Part shown: positions 8,115 to 15,177 of the stretch, piece after piece
How positions within the stretch are numbered: position 1 is the stretch's first letter
Layout of the letters: each line of letters starts with the position of its first letter
IMG/VR virus record: IMGVR_UViG_3300036784_000044
Span: 1-24,378 of that record
Source of the DNA: a virus
Taxonomy: Duplodnaviria > Caudoviricetes
Length of the DNA: 24,378 nt
Direction: 5' to 3' (one strand)
The notes under the pieces: model-generated
Told to the model about the DNA's origin: nothing
The model's input: the letters and a program-made list of their open reading frames with translations, nothing else
The model's database searches: none
Position numbers and translations under genes: made by a program

Positions 8115-8225
8115 ACGCGGGGCGGCGGGGTTCGAACCCGCGATCTCCGACCCGTACCAGTTCGGTGAACGGAGAGCCCCTGGCTGGGCGCCGCTTGGCC
8201 TCTCCACGGCCCACGCACACCGCGT
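8115..8225 (-). ncRNA. tRNA-like structured RNA A (T arm and acceptor stem, non-canonical core)
   Basis: Fills the gap after the terL stop. T arm GCGGG-TTCGAAC-CCCGC; terminal stem ACGCGGTGTG/CGCCCCGCGT with one mismatch; internal helices TGGGC/GCCCA and TCTCCG/CGGAGA. No standard D arm or 7-nt anticodon loop. Confidence 0.45.
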
Positions 8226-8239
8226 ACTTGGCTACCAGA

Positions 8240-9916
8240 CTACCGCCAGGCGTGCACCGCCGCGCGCTGTCTGCGCGGCCGGTCCTCGTCGTCCGCGCCG
8301 TCCTGCGGGTTGAGGAAGTTGTCGCTGTCTTTCGGTGCGAATCCCTCCAGGTCCCAGTCGCCGCCGGAGACATCGAGCAGCCCGCCGTGCGCGCCCTTGA
8401 GGCGGCGCCGGGACACCGCCTGCGACGGTGAGATGCCGATCGAGTCCAGCTCCTCGGCCGCCGCCCAGCGCCGCACCCCGGCGCGCACCGGGTTCTCCTC
8501 GAACGTGGCGTTGAGGAACGGCGTGCACGCCCAGACCAGGCTGTCCAGCCGGTCGGGGGACCGCTCGTCGGCCGCGCCCGTGAACGTGGCCATCTGGTCC
8601 TCCAGCTCGGCCATCTTCACGATGTCGCGGTGCCAGGTCTTGGCCAGGCTGTCCGGGTCGGTGATCTCGTACGTCTGGCCGTCATAGCAGTGCTTGACCA
8701 CGCCGCGCTCGTACAGCGCCGAGACCGGCTCGGCCCGGGTGCGCTTGCCCTGGTTGCGCCCGGCCCACACCTTTTCCACAGCCGGGATCTGCTCGGCCCT
8801 GATGACCCCGCTCTTGACCAGATCCTTGATCACCTGACGGAACACTGTGACTAGCCACTCGCCGCCGTGGTTCTTCTCCACCACGATCCTGGCGTGCCAC
8901 TGGACCGCCTCCAGCACGACACGCTTGGCGAAGGCCGCAGGAGCCTCCTGGCCGCCCCAGTTCTTGGCGACGTACAGGTAGCCCAGGTGCATGCCCGCGA
9001 TCGTGTACGCCTGCTCGTCGCTGGTCTCCTGGCCGTCTGACGGGTCCACCCCGATGACCGTCCGGGTGAGGAACGGTGGCCCGCCTTCCTGCCCGACCAT
9101 CGGCACCTGGATCTCGTCCAGCAGGTCCCGGGTCCACAGGGCATTGGCCACGTCCTCCAGCAGCTCGCCCTCCAGCTCCTGGCGCTCCAGCCTGGTGCCC
9201 TTGGCTGCACCGACGACTGCCCGGTAGAACGCGCTGGACAGGTTGGCCACGTTGTCGATGGTGCGCAGCTTGCGGACGATGACGCCGCCCTCAGACGGCT
9301 CGTTGCGGATCAGCGAGCGGACCAGGGCGCGAGCCGGGCGCGACGCCTTCGGAGTGCCGGTGGCGATGATGACCGAGGAGCCCATGCGCACCGCGTACCG
9401 CAGCGACTCGTTCCAGGTGGTGTCCCACTTGTCCCAGAGACCCACCTCGTCGCACCAGGCGGCGCGCAGGTTGCGGCCCTGGATGCGCAGCCCTCCCTCA
9501 GCGGCGGAGTCGGCGTAGACCACGATGCCGTTGTGCAGGATCACCTGGCCGTAGGTCCGCCAGGCGCTGCGGACGATCTTGCTCTTGTGGTCCTTGATCT
9601 GGCCCATCGACGTGCCTAGTGCCCTCAGCAGGCCGGACTCGCCCTCCACGCACTTGGTCCAGGCATCGGCGTAGGTAGGCGCGACGATCGCGTACTCGCC
9701 CTCGCCGCTGGTGTCTTCCATCACGAGGTCGGCCAGGCCCTGCGCCCCTGCCCTGGTCTTGCCTGACCCGCGCCCGCCCTGGAGATAGAACACGCGCCAC
9801 TCGCCGGTTCGCTCGGGCAGGATCTGCTCCGGCCGCGCTACCTTCCGCCAGCGCAGCCGTGGGTCCTCCGGCAGGACGTCCAGCCGGGAACCGAACTCCT
9901 CCCAGAGCGTTCTCAC
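8240..9916 (-). CDS. terL: Terminase large subunit
   Basis: RPEQ adenine-binding motif, Walker A GGRGSGKT, VAPTY, Walker B AWCDE, TGTP coupling motif, RQELEGE, nuclease IGVDP, VVEKNHGG, SPDRLDSLVWA. Confidence 0.95.
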   Translation of the reverse strand: MRTLWEEFGSRLDVLPEDPRLRWRKVARPEQILPERTGEWRVFYLQGGRGSGKTRAGAQGLADLVMEDTSGEGEYAIVAPTYADAWTKCVEGESGLLRALGTSMGQIKDHKSKIVRSAWRTYGQVILHNGIVVYADSAAEGGLRIQGRNLRAAWCDEVGLWDKWDTTWNESLRYAVRMGSSVIIATGTPKASRPARALVRSLIRNEPSEGGVIVRKLRTIDNVANLSSAFYRAVVGAAKGTRLERQELEGELLEDVANALWTRDLLDEIQVPMVGQEGGPPFLTRTVIGVDPSDGQETSDEQAYTIAGMHLGYLYVAKNWGGQEAPAAFAKRVVLEAVQWHARIVVEKNHGGEWLVTVFRQVIKDLVKSGVIRAEQIPAVEKVWAGRNQGKRTRAEPVSALYERGVVKHCYDGQTYEITDPDSLAKTWHRDIVKMAELEDQMATFTGAADERSPDRLDSLVWACTPFLNATFEENPVRAGVRRWAAAEELDSIGISPSQAVSRRRLKGAHGGLLDVSGGDWDLEGFAPKDSDNFLNPQDGADDEDRPRRQRAAVHAWR

Positions 9917-10647
9917 CCTGCCAGCTCACCCTGGATGACCCTGATGTTGGCGCGGAAGGCGGTACGCGCGCTGATCTGCCCGTCGAGGCCGACGTGGGAC
10001 GCCTCCAGGGCCATGTTCAGCGCCTGTTCCAGCATCCTGAGCTGCTCTTCGCGGATGCCCTGGAGCCGGTCGTCAATGTTCAGCTTGGAGATGTCGAGCA
10101 GCAGCTTGGCGTACCGCTCCAGGGCGCGCTCGTACAGCAGGATCTCGGCGCGGAACTGCTCACCGGCCTTGCTGTGCGCGTACCGCAGGGTGCCGCGCTG
10201 GACCATCGCGGCCACCGTGTCGCGCAGCATCTCCTTCATCGCCTTGATCTCGGCGGCCAGCTCCAGCAGCTCATCGAGCGGGCTGCCGATGCCAGGGGGA
10301 TTGAGCAGCCTGTCGCCGTGCGCGGCCATGATCTCCTGGAGCGTGGCCGCTGCCCGGTTCTCCACGCCCCTGACCGCCGAGAACTCGCGGGTGATCGAGC
10401 TGCCAGCGCCGTGGACGGTGCACATCGGCGGGATGCTGTCGGACACCGCGTACTTCCGGCAGGCGTCAGGAGCGCCGAACTGGCGGCGGCAGCGCTTCGC
10501 CCCGGTGATGTCCTCGGCCTCTTCCAGGAGATCATCGGGGACGTGCAGGAGGCAGGCCCCGAGGCCGTCCACCTCGTTGTTCTGGCACGGGGCGCCGTTG
10601 ACGGTCTCGCCTCCGCACTTCCTGTCCCCGGAGCCGGGCAGTTTCAC
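9913..10647 (-). CDS. terS: Putative terminase small subunit with two N-terminal CCCH Zn fingers
   Basis: GTGA-coupled directly upstream of terL. C-x9-C-x10-C-x2-H and C-x9-C-x12-C-x2-HG fingers (HGGxSTG-like), then helical EQFRAEILLYERALERYAKLL..ISKLNIDDRL. Confidence 0.65.
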   Translation of the reverse strand: MKLPGSGDRKCGGETVNGAPCQNNEVDGLGACLLHVPDDLLEEAEDITGAKRCRRQFGAPDACRKYAVSDSIPPMCTVHGAGSSITREFSAVRGVENRAAATLQEIMAAHGDRLLNPPGIGSPLDELLELAAEIKAMKEMLRDTVAAMVQRGTLRYAHSKAGEQFRAEILLYERALERYAKLLLDISKLNIDDRLQGIREEQLRMLEQALNMALEASHVGLDGQISARTAFRANIRVIQGELAG

Positions 10648-10937
10648 GTGGAACCTCCGTCATGGTGGCTGACCAGCAGGGCAGTAGTGAAGAACGAGAA
10701 TACCGCCGACCACAGCGGGATCATCAGCACCATCGCGGCCAGGGCCAGTCCGTACTGGAGCCGCCCGTGCAGCGCGATATCGCAGCCGTCCGTGGTCGCC
10801 AGGCCCGCCGTGCAGTAGACGCCGTGGATCGGGCCGGTGCGCGTCACGGTGCCCATCAGCCAGCCGAGCACCACGACCAGGACGACGGTCACGCCGAGCA
10901 GGTACAGCGCCCGGTGGTGGTGCTTGTTCAGTGCCAC
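10644..10937 (-). CDS. Minimal 2TM-1P potassium-channel-like protein, 97 aa, atypical filter
   Basis: GGAGGAG RBS 8 nt before GTG 10937. TM1 - pore helix IHGVYCTAGLATTDGCD - TM2 LALAAMVLMIPLWSAVFSFFT aligns by eye with KcsA ALWWSVETATTVGYGD...VAVVVMVAGITSFGLVTAALAT. Confidence 0.7.
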   Translation of the reverse strand: MALNKHHHRALYLLGVTVVLVVVLGWLMGTVTRTGPIHGVYCTAGLATTDGCDIALHGRLQYGLALAAMVLMIPLWSAVFSFFTTALLVSHHDGGST

Positions 10938-11149
10938 TCGTCGCACTCCTCCAGCTCCTCGATGACCTCGGTCACCGCCTGCCTGACCCGCCAGAACACG
11001 TGCGCGAGCCAGGCACCGGCCAGGGTGTAGGCGATCACCGGGTGCCGCCTGGACAGCTCGGTGACCTTGGGCAGCGGGGTGAAGCAGGCGACGCCCTCCC
11101 ATGCGACGATCGTGATCAGCGCGCTGCCAGCGGCGGTGTCGCGGCTCAC
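10928..11149 (-). CDS. Small 2-TM membrane protein, 73 aa
   Basis: GTGA overlap with the upstream stop; two hydrophobic segments flanking PKVTELSRRHP; acidic tail. Confidence 0.65.
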   Translation of the reverse strand: MSRDTAAGSALITIVAWEGVACFTPLPKVTELSRRHPVIAYTLAGAWLAHVFWRVRQAVTEVIEELEECDEWH

Positions 11150-11529
11150 AGCCGGTCCTTGAGCACGGTGAGGATCTGGTCCAGCAGAATGCCGTTGTCG
11201 ATGATCAGCTCGCTGACCGGCTTCTCCGGCCGGGCCAGGGCGTGGTGGACGTTGCACCACGGCGTGCCGTCCACCCGGTGCCTGCCGAGCCGGTAGCACC
11301 CGGGCTGGTGGCAGTTGTGTCCGTGCCACATGCCGGTGATGATGGTCGCCATGCCGATGCCGGTCAGGATCATCGGGCCGATGCCGGAGGTGAACCCGTA
11401 CTGCGGGGTGACCTGCGACTCGAACCCGGTCAGCCTGCATATCTCGAAGCAGGCGTACCAGAACAGGCAGAACCCGATGAGCGCGGCAGAGAAGATCGCC
11501 GCCGCCTGCCAGAGGCCATTCATGCGCAC
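11146..11529 (-). CDS. 2-TM membrane protein with Cys/His Zn-binding tail
   Basis: Two TMs followed by HNCHQPGCYRLGRHRVDGTPWCNVHH; apparent leaderless GTG start (alternative ATG 11523). Confidence 0.75.
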   Translation of the reverse strand: MRMNGLWQAAAIFSAALIGFCLFWYACFEICRLTGFESQVTPQYGFTSGIGPMILTGIGMATIITGMWHGHNCHQPGCYRLGRHRVDGTPWCNVHHALARPEKPVSELIIDNGILLDQILTVLKDRL

Positions 11530-11541
11530 GGCTCAAGTATG
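11530..11541 (-). promoter_or_regulatory. Candidate -10 element for a leaderless transcript
   Basis: CATACT-N6-GTG(11529); no Shine-Dalgarno upstream. This geometry is typical of actinobacterial leaderless mRNAs. Confidence 0.4.
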
Positions 11542-11543
11542 CA

Positions 11544-11584
11544 GCGAGCCGGGCCTGATCGGGGGGCAACCAGGCCCGGCTCGC
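11544..11584. terminator. 14-bp GC-rich inverted repeat (probable terminator or RNA end)
   Basis: GCGAGCCGGGCCTG-N13-CAGGCCCGGCTCGC in an intergenic gap; no U-tract. Confidence 0.6.
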
Positions 11585-11680
11585 CGGGACGTATGGCTTA
11601 CGGCCTTTGACCGCTCCAGCCGTCCCTCATCGGCAGCAGGGCACCATAGGAGGGGCTGGCCTCCACCCTGGCCGGAAACT

Positions 11681-12097
11681 CTATGCTGGCACGCACTCCA
11701 GCTCTGCGGTGATCCTCTGCGCAATGAACGAGTCGGTGTCGGCCTTCTGCTTGCGCATGAACTCCGCCGCGTCGGCCTCGGGGTCGTAGGCCACCAGGTC
11801 GGTGCCGAAGAAATGCCGGGTGGCCTCGCCCTCTGCTGGCCAGTCCTGCTGCTGCACGTAGCTGGCCAGCTCCGCGTACCGCTCGAACTCCCAGCCGGGC
11901 TCCGGCGGGGTCCAGGACATGCCGTTCCAGGGGGTGTCGCGAAGAGGACGGAGATCCACGAGGGTTTTGTCCCAGTCCACTCGCGCCTGCCGGTCGCGGG
12001 CCTTGTCAACCTGCTCCCAGACGAAGACCGCGACGGCGATGATCCCGAGGAACGCCCCGAAGGCGAGGATTGCGTACCCGATGGCGTGGTGCGTCAT
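11681..12097 (-). CDS. Single-TM membrane protein, 138 aa
   Basis: AGGGAGA RBS and ATG 12097; N-terminal TM IGYAILAFGAFLGIIAVAVFVW. Confidence 0.75.
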   Translation of the reverse strand: MTHHAIGYAILAFGAFLGIIAVAVFVWEQVDKARDRQARVDWDKTLVDLRPLRDTPWNGMSWTPPEPGWEFERYAELASYVQQQDWPAEGEATRHFFGTDLVAYDPEADAAEFMRKQKADTDSFIAQRITAELECVPA

Positions 12098-12107
12098 GAT
12101 CGTCTCC

Positions 12108-12878
12108 CTATGTGACCCGGTAGAACGCGGACGGCGCGTAGCCGCCGCCGTAGGGGTGGTATCCGACGACAGTGCCCGGCGACTGCGCGCCGAACGTCTC
12201 GCCCGCGTGCACGTAGAACTCCACGTGACCCGAGCCGAAGAACGCCAGGTCCCCGTAGGACGGTTCGGAGACCTGGACAAGCAGCCCGGAGCTGACGCCC
12301 TGGGCGAGCATCGAGTACGTGTCGCGGGGCATTGAGCTGATCCCGAGCTGGAGTGCTGCCCAGTAGACCAGGCCAGAGCAGTCAAACCCGCCAGGGGTGT
12401 CGCCGCCGTAGACGTAGGGCACGCCCTGCATCGAGAGGGCCTTGTTGAGCAGCTCCGCTCCGGCCCCGCTGCCAGGCCCTGCTTGCGGGCTGGCCGTGAC
12501 AGTGCTTGCAGTGGGCTCCGGGGCCGGAGCAGATGTCTGGACCGGCGCCGTCGCAGTGCTTGGGAGCGTCGTTGCCGATGGCGTCGGCGCCGGAGTCGTG
12601 GGGGTGGCCGCCGCAGCAACGACGGCCATGTGGTGCTGGTGCGCCGCGTGCGTGCTGGTCACGGCAAGCACCGGATGCGGGCGCGGCTCGCCGTAGCCGA
12701 CCGGCAGCGACGGGGCGGAATCCGTCACTGCCGGAGTCGTCGGCGCCGTCACCGGCAGGCTGATGGCCGCCGCTGCCGCCGGAGCCGGGCCGGACGGCAG
12801 CCCGGCGTACGCGGCGCCCGTGATCATGCACGCGCACGACACGCAGGCCAGGGCCAGCGCCCGGCGGCTAGCAGCCAT
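12108..12878 (-). CDS. Secreted NlpC/P60 (C40) peptidoglycan endopeptidase
   Basis: Signal peptide, Pro/Thr/Ala linker, then QGVPYVYGG...GFDCSGLV, MPRDT, GDLAFF, GHVEFY (catalytic Cys and His present). Confidence 0.92.
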   Translation of the reverse strand: MAASRRALALACVSCACMITGAAYAGLPSGPAPAAAAAISLPVTAPTTPAVTDSAPSLPVGYGEPRPHPVLAVTSTHAAHQHHMAVVAAAATPTTPAPTPSATTLPSTATAPVQTSAPAPEPTASTVTASPQAGPGSGAGAELLNKALSMQGVPYVYGGDTPGGFDCSGLVYWAALQLGISSMPRDTYSMLAQGVSSGLLVQVSEPSYGDLAFFGSGHVEFYVHAGETFGAQSPGTVVGYHPYGGGYAPSAFYRVT

Positions 12879-13506
12879 CGTAGGGCGCCCAGTCGCTGTA
12901 CCCGCGCGCAGCGACCGCGTTGTAGAAGACCTGCGTCTGCTCAGCCGCCGAGGCGTTGCCGAAGTCGGCCGGGTTGCCTCCTGACGCGGCCCAGGTGCCA
13001 GCGCTGAACTGGTAGAGGCCGTAGTGCCCGCTGGCGTTCCAGATGTTCACCTGACCGCCGCTCTCCCGGCTGATGATGCACTGCTGCATTGCGCCGGAGC
13101 CGGTGTACGTCACGGCGACGGGGGCCGGGGCGGGAGCACTTCCAACAGAAGGCCCGCTCTGGTTGGAAGTTGGCTGCGAACTTCCAACTCCGCTTGACCC
13201 CAGGGCCAGGAGCTGCTTCGGGTCGTCGCACTTGATGGCCAGCTTCTGGCCAGGCAGGATCAGATTCGGGTTCGCGCCGATCGTCGCGCGGTTCGCCTGG
13301 TAAATGCCGGTCCAGTCGTTGACCTGGCCGTGGCAGTACTGCGCGGCCAGGCCGGACAGCGTGTTGCCGGGGTGAACGGTCACCACCAGGCCGGTGACGA
13401 TGGCCGGAACCGCGAGAGCCGCGAAGAGCGCACCGCGATGGCGGGGCGTGCTGCGGGCTACGTACTGGTCAAAAAGACGGTCCAGAGTGCTGCGCAGGGC
13501 GCCCAT
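12868..13506 (-). CDS. LysM + Rpf-like lytic transglycosylase
   Basis: Signal/TM segment; LysM VTVHPGNTLSGLA...IYQANRATIGANPNLILPGQKL; catalytic domain CIISRESGG...YGLYQF...TW...ASAAEQ...GYSDW. Confidence 0.9.
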   Translation of the reverse strand: MGALRSTLDRLFDQYVARSTPRHRGALFAALAVPAIVTGLVVTVHPGNTLSGLAAQYCHGQVNDWTGIYQANRATIGANPNLILPGQKLAIKCDDPKQLLALGSSGVGSSQPTSNQSGPSVGSAPAPAPVAVTYTGSGAMQQCIISRESGGQVNIWNASGHYGLYQFSAGTWAASGGNPADFGNASAAEQTQVFYNAVAARGYSDWAPYDGC

Positions 13507-13591
13507 GCTGGTCTATCCTTTGCTCGGACGATTTGAGCCAGCAGCGGGTCTACTTGCCAGGGTGCGCCCTCTGTCCGGCGTTCGATCCAAG

Positions 13592-13620
13592 ACGATAACA
13601 GGCTCAGCTCTCTATGTCCC
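13592..13620 (-). promoter_or_regulatory. Candidate housekeeping-sigma promoter of the Rpf-NlpC/P60 operon
   Basis: GGGACA-N17-TATCGT with extended -10 (TGT-TATCGT), placed right after a terminator and about 85 nt before the ATG. Confidence 0.5.
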
Positions 13621-13633
13621 TGACATTCGTCGC

Positions 13634-13676
13634 AAAAAAGTGACCGCCCGCAGCCGTCATCTGACTGCGGGCGGTC
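13634..13676 (-). terminator. Intrinsic terminator
   Basis: GACCGCCCGCAG(TC)-loop-(GG)CTGCGGGCGGTC followed by ACTTTTTT; the upstream gene's stop codon lies in the loop. Confidence 0.9.
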
Positions 13677-13899
13677 TGCCTGCCTGGTATAAGTCCGCCG
13701 TGTACCTGGGCTGACTGTCGCTGTCCAGGCCCGCGTACCTCAGCTTCTTCACGGACCACTGGTCGCCTCCGCCGACCCGGTAGCTGAACTTGCTGTCGGG
13801 GAAGTGGGCCAGGTCATCGAGGATCTGCTGGGCGTCGTTGACGCCGCGCCCGGAGTCCTGGAGCGCCTGCCGCGCTTCCCGCCAGCTCATGTCGCTCAT
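13657..13899 (-). CDS. Hypothetical protein, 80 aa
   Basis: ATGA-coupled start at 13899 (MSDMSWREARQ). Confidence 0.65.
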   Translation of the reverse strand: MSDMSWREARQALQDSGRGVNDAQQILDDLAHFPDSKFSYRVGGGDQWSVKKLRYAGLDSDSQPRYTADLYQAGRPPAVR

Positions 13900-14105
13900 G
13901 GCGTATCCACCCGGCGGAGCAGGGCAGGCACAATCCGGTGGACCCGGCCCGTCCTGTCCAACTTGACGTGCACCTTGGTCCGGCCGACCTTGACCACATC
14001 GCCGTACCGCGCGCCGCGTATCCACAGGTCGGTGGCCGGGTGCAGCTCGACTCGCGCTCCCTCGTGGAAGTCCCTGACCTCGTTGCCGTAGTAGTTGTCG
14101 CTCAT
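13896..14105 (-). CDS. Small SH3/KOW-like beta protein, 69 aa
   Basis: ATGA-coupled; FHEGARVELHPATDLWIRGARYGDVVKVGRTKVHVKLD. Confidence 0.7.
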   Translation of the reverse strand: MSDNYYGNEVRDFHEGARVELHPATDLWIRGARYGDVVKVGRTKVHVKLDRTGRVHRIVPALLRRVDTP

Positions 14106-14383
14106 CCCTCGGTCCTCTCCGTGCGCTTCAGCACGTACTCGGTGAGCAGCCATTCGCCTCTCGTCTTGCGCTCGCGGGCCTCCCAGGTGGTGGTGGTCCT
14201 GCTCGACCTCAGCTTGCCGAGCTGGCTGGTCTGGGTCTGGAACTGCACCGTCTTGGTGTCGCTTTCAAGCAGCTCCGCTACGAGCTGCTCGGCCGCCACT
14301 TTGCTGATGCCGCCGACGCCCGCGATGGTCCGCGCTAGCGCCCCGGTGCTGGCCACCGTCCAGGTCGGGTCCGGCATGGTCAT
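14102..14383 (-). CDS. Hypothetical protein, 93 aa
   Basis: CAGGAGG RBS; coupled at both ends. Confidence 0.7.
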   Translation of the reverse strand: MTMPDPTWTVASTGALARTIAGVGGISKVAAEQLVAELLESDTKTVQFQTQTSQLGKLRSSRTTTTWEARERKTRGEWLLTEYVLKRTERTEG

Positions 14384-14772
14384 GACGTGGCCTCCTGCCA
14401 GTCGAAATAGACGCGCGGGCTGTGCTTGAACTCCAGCGTGCCGCGCTTGCCGTCGCTCTTGCGACGAACTGCGACGAGCGGCGCCCGGAACCCGAGCACA
14501 TCGAAGTCCTGCTGGAGCTGCTCGGTGGTCCAGGTCTGCTGTACCGCGTGCGACGGGTACAGCGGGTGCTCGGCGTCCGGCCCGGCCGGTGCGCTCTTGC
14601 AGATGGCGGACGCGGCGCCCTGGTCCGGGTAGCGGGCGAACAGCGCGCCCTCGAACTCGTACAGCTCCTTGCCGCAGTAGCGGCAGGTGCTGACTGCCTC
14701 GGCCAGGTCTGCCCCTGGCTGGCCGGTCGCGATCATCTCGCGGCGGGCGGCCTCGGTGGGATCGTTGCTCAT
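14380..14772 (-). CDS. Conserved hypothetical protein with internal CxxC..C..H segment, 130 aa
   Basis: AAGGGAGAAG RBS and ATG 14772; DPTEAARREM...WTTEQLQQDFDVLGFRAPLVAVRRKSDGKRGTLEFKHSPRVYF. Confidence 0.75.
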   Translation of the reverse strand: MSNDPTEAARREMIATGQPGADLAEAVSTCRYCGKELYEFEGALFARYPDQGAASAICKSAPAGPDAEHPLYPSHAVQQTWTTEQLQQDFDVLGFRAPLVAVRRKSDGKRGTLEFKHSPRVYFDWQEATS

Positions 14773-14783
14773 GATCTTCTCCC

Positions 14784-15095
14784 TTAGATGAGCCGCCCGC
14801 CGAGCAGCGGGCGGTTCGCGTACCTGATGATCTCGTCTATCTGGAAGTCCGGGCTGAAGCCCCCGGCGGTGACCTGGACTGCGGTGACGCCCTCGCTCTT
14901 CAGCTTGCGAAGCCACGAGAGGCTCACGCGCTTGCGGTAGGTCTGCGGGCGCCAGCCCCTGCCGTTGCGGTACTCGGCGGTGATCACCGGGTGCTCTTCC
15001 ACGTCCGGGTGGTGGGCCTGGAAGTACTCCGCGATCCGCCCGGGGACCTGGGCCTGGTGGCCTGCCCGCTGCCGGTAGCTGGTGCTCATCTTCAT
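14784..15095 (-). CDS. Hypothetical basic protein, 103 aa
   Basis: AGGGAGAAG RBS; phage-like codon usage. Confidence 0.7.
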   Translation of the reverse strand: MKMSTSYRQRAGHQAQVPGRIAEYFQAHHPDVEEHPVITAEYRNGRGWRPQTYRKRVSLSWLRKLKSEGVTAVQVTAGGFSPDFQIDEIIRYANRPLLGGRLI

Positions 15096-15115
15096 CTTCT
15101 CCCTGTAGTGCCTTG

Positions 15116-15151
15116 CACTTCTGTCAACACCACAAGGCGGCCGGGTATTCC
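15116..15151 (-). promoter_or_regulatory. Repeated 16-bp box plus SigR/SigH-type promoter consensus, copy 1
   Basis: GGAAT-N18-GTTG overlapping GGTGTTGACAGAAGTG; the box is 15/16 identical to 18587..18602. Confidence 0.55.
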
Positions 15152-15177
15152 CCGACCGCCCCCTGGTGCGGACTGTC

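Noticed and set aside
11600-11680. HDV-like/theta ribozyme suggested by GCC-CCTCCTAT-GGT
   Set aside because: No P1.1 GG after P1, and no P2 partner or convincing J4/2.
46-12696. Long plus-strand ORFs (46..972, 1230..2219, 3128..4687, 5452..6444, 9859..10818 and others)
   Set aside because: Antisense shadows of high-GC minus-strand genes; no motifs or RBS.
13507-13633. c-di-AMP (ydaO) riboswitch, common upstream of actinobacterial rpf genes
   Set aside because: The leader is short and I could not find the conserved GCTGAATCC / GGGGA / GGTGAA elements.
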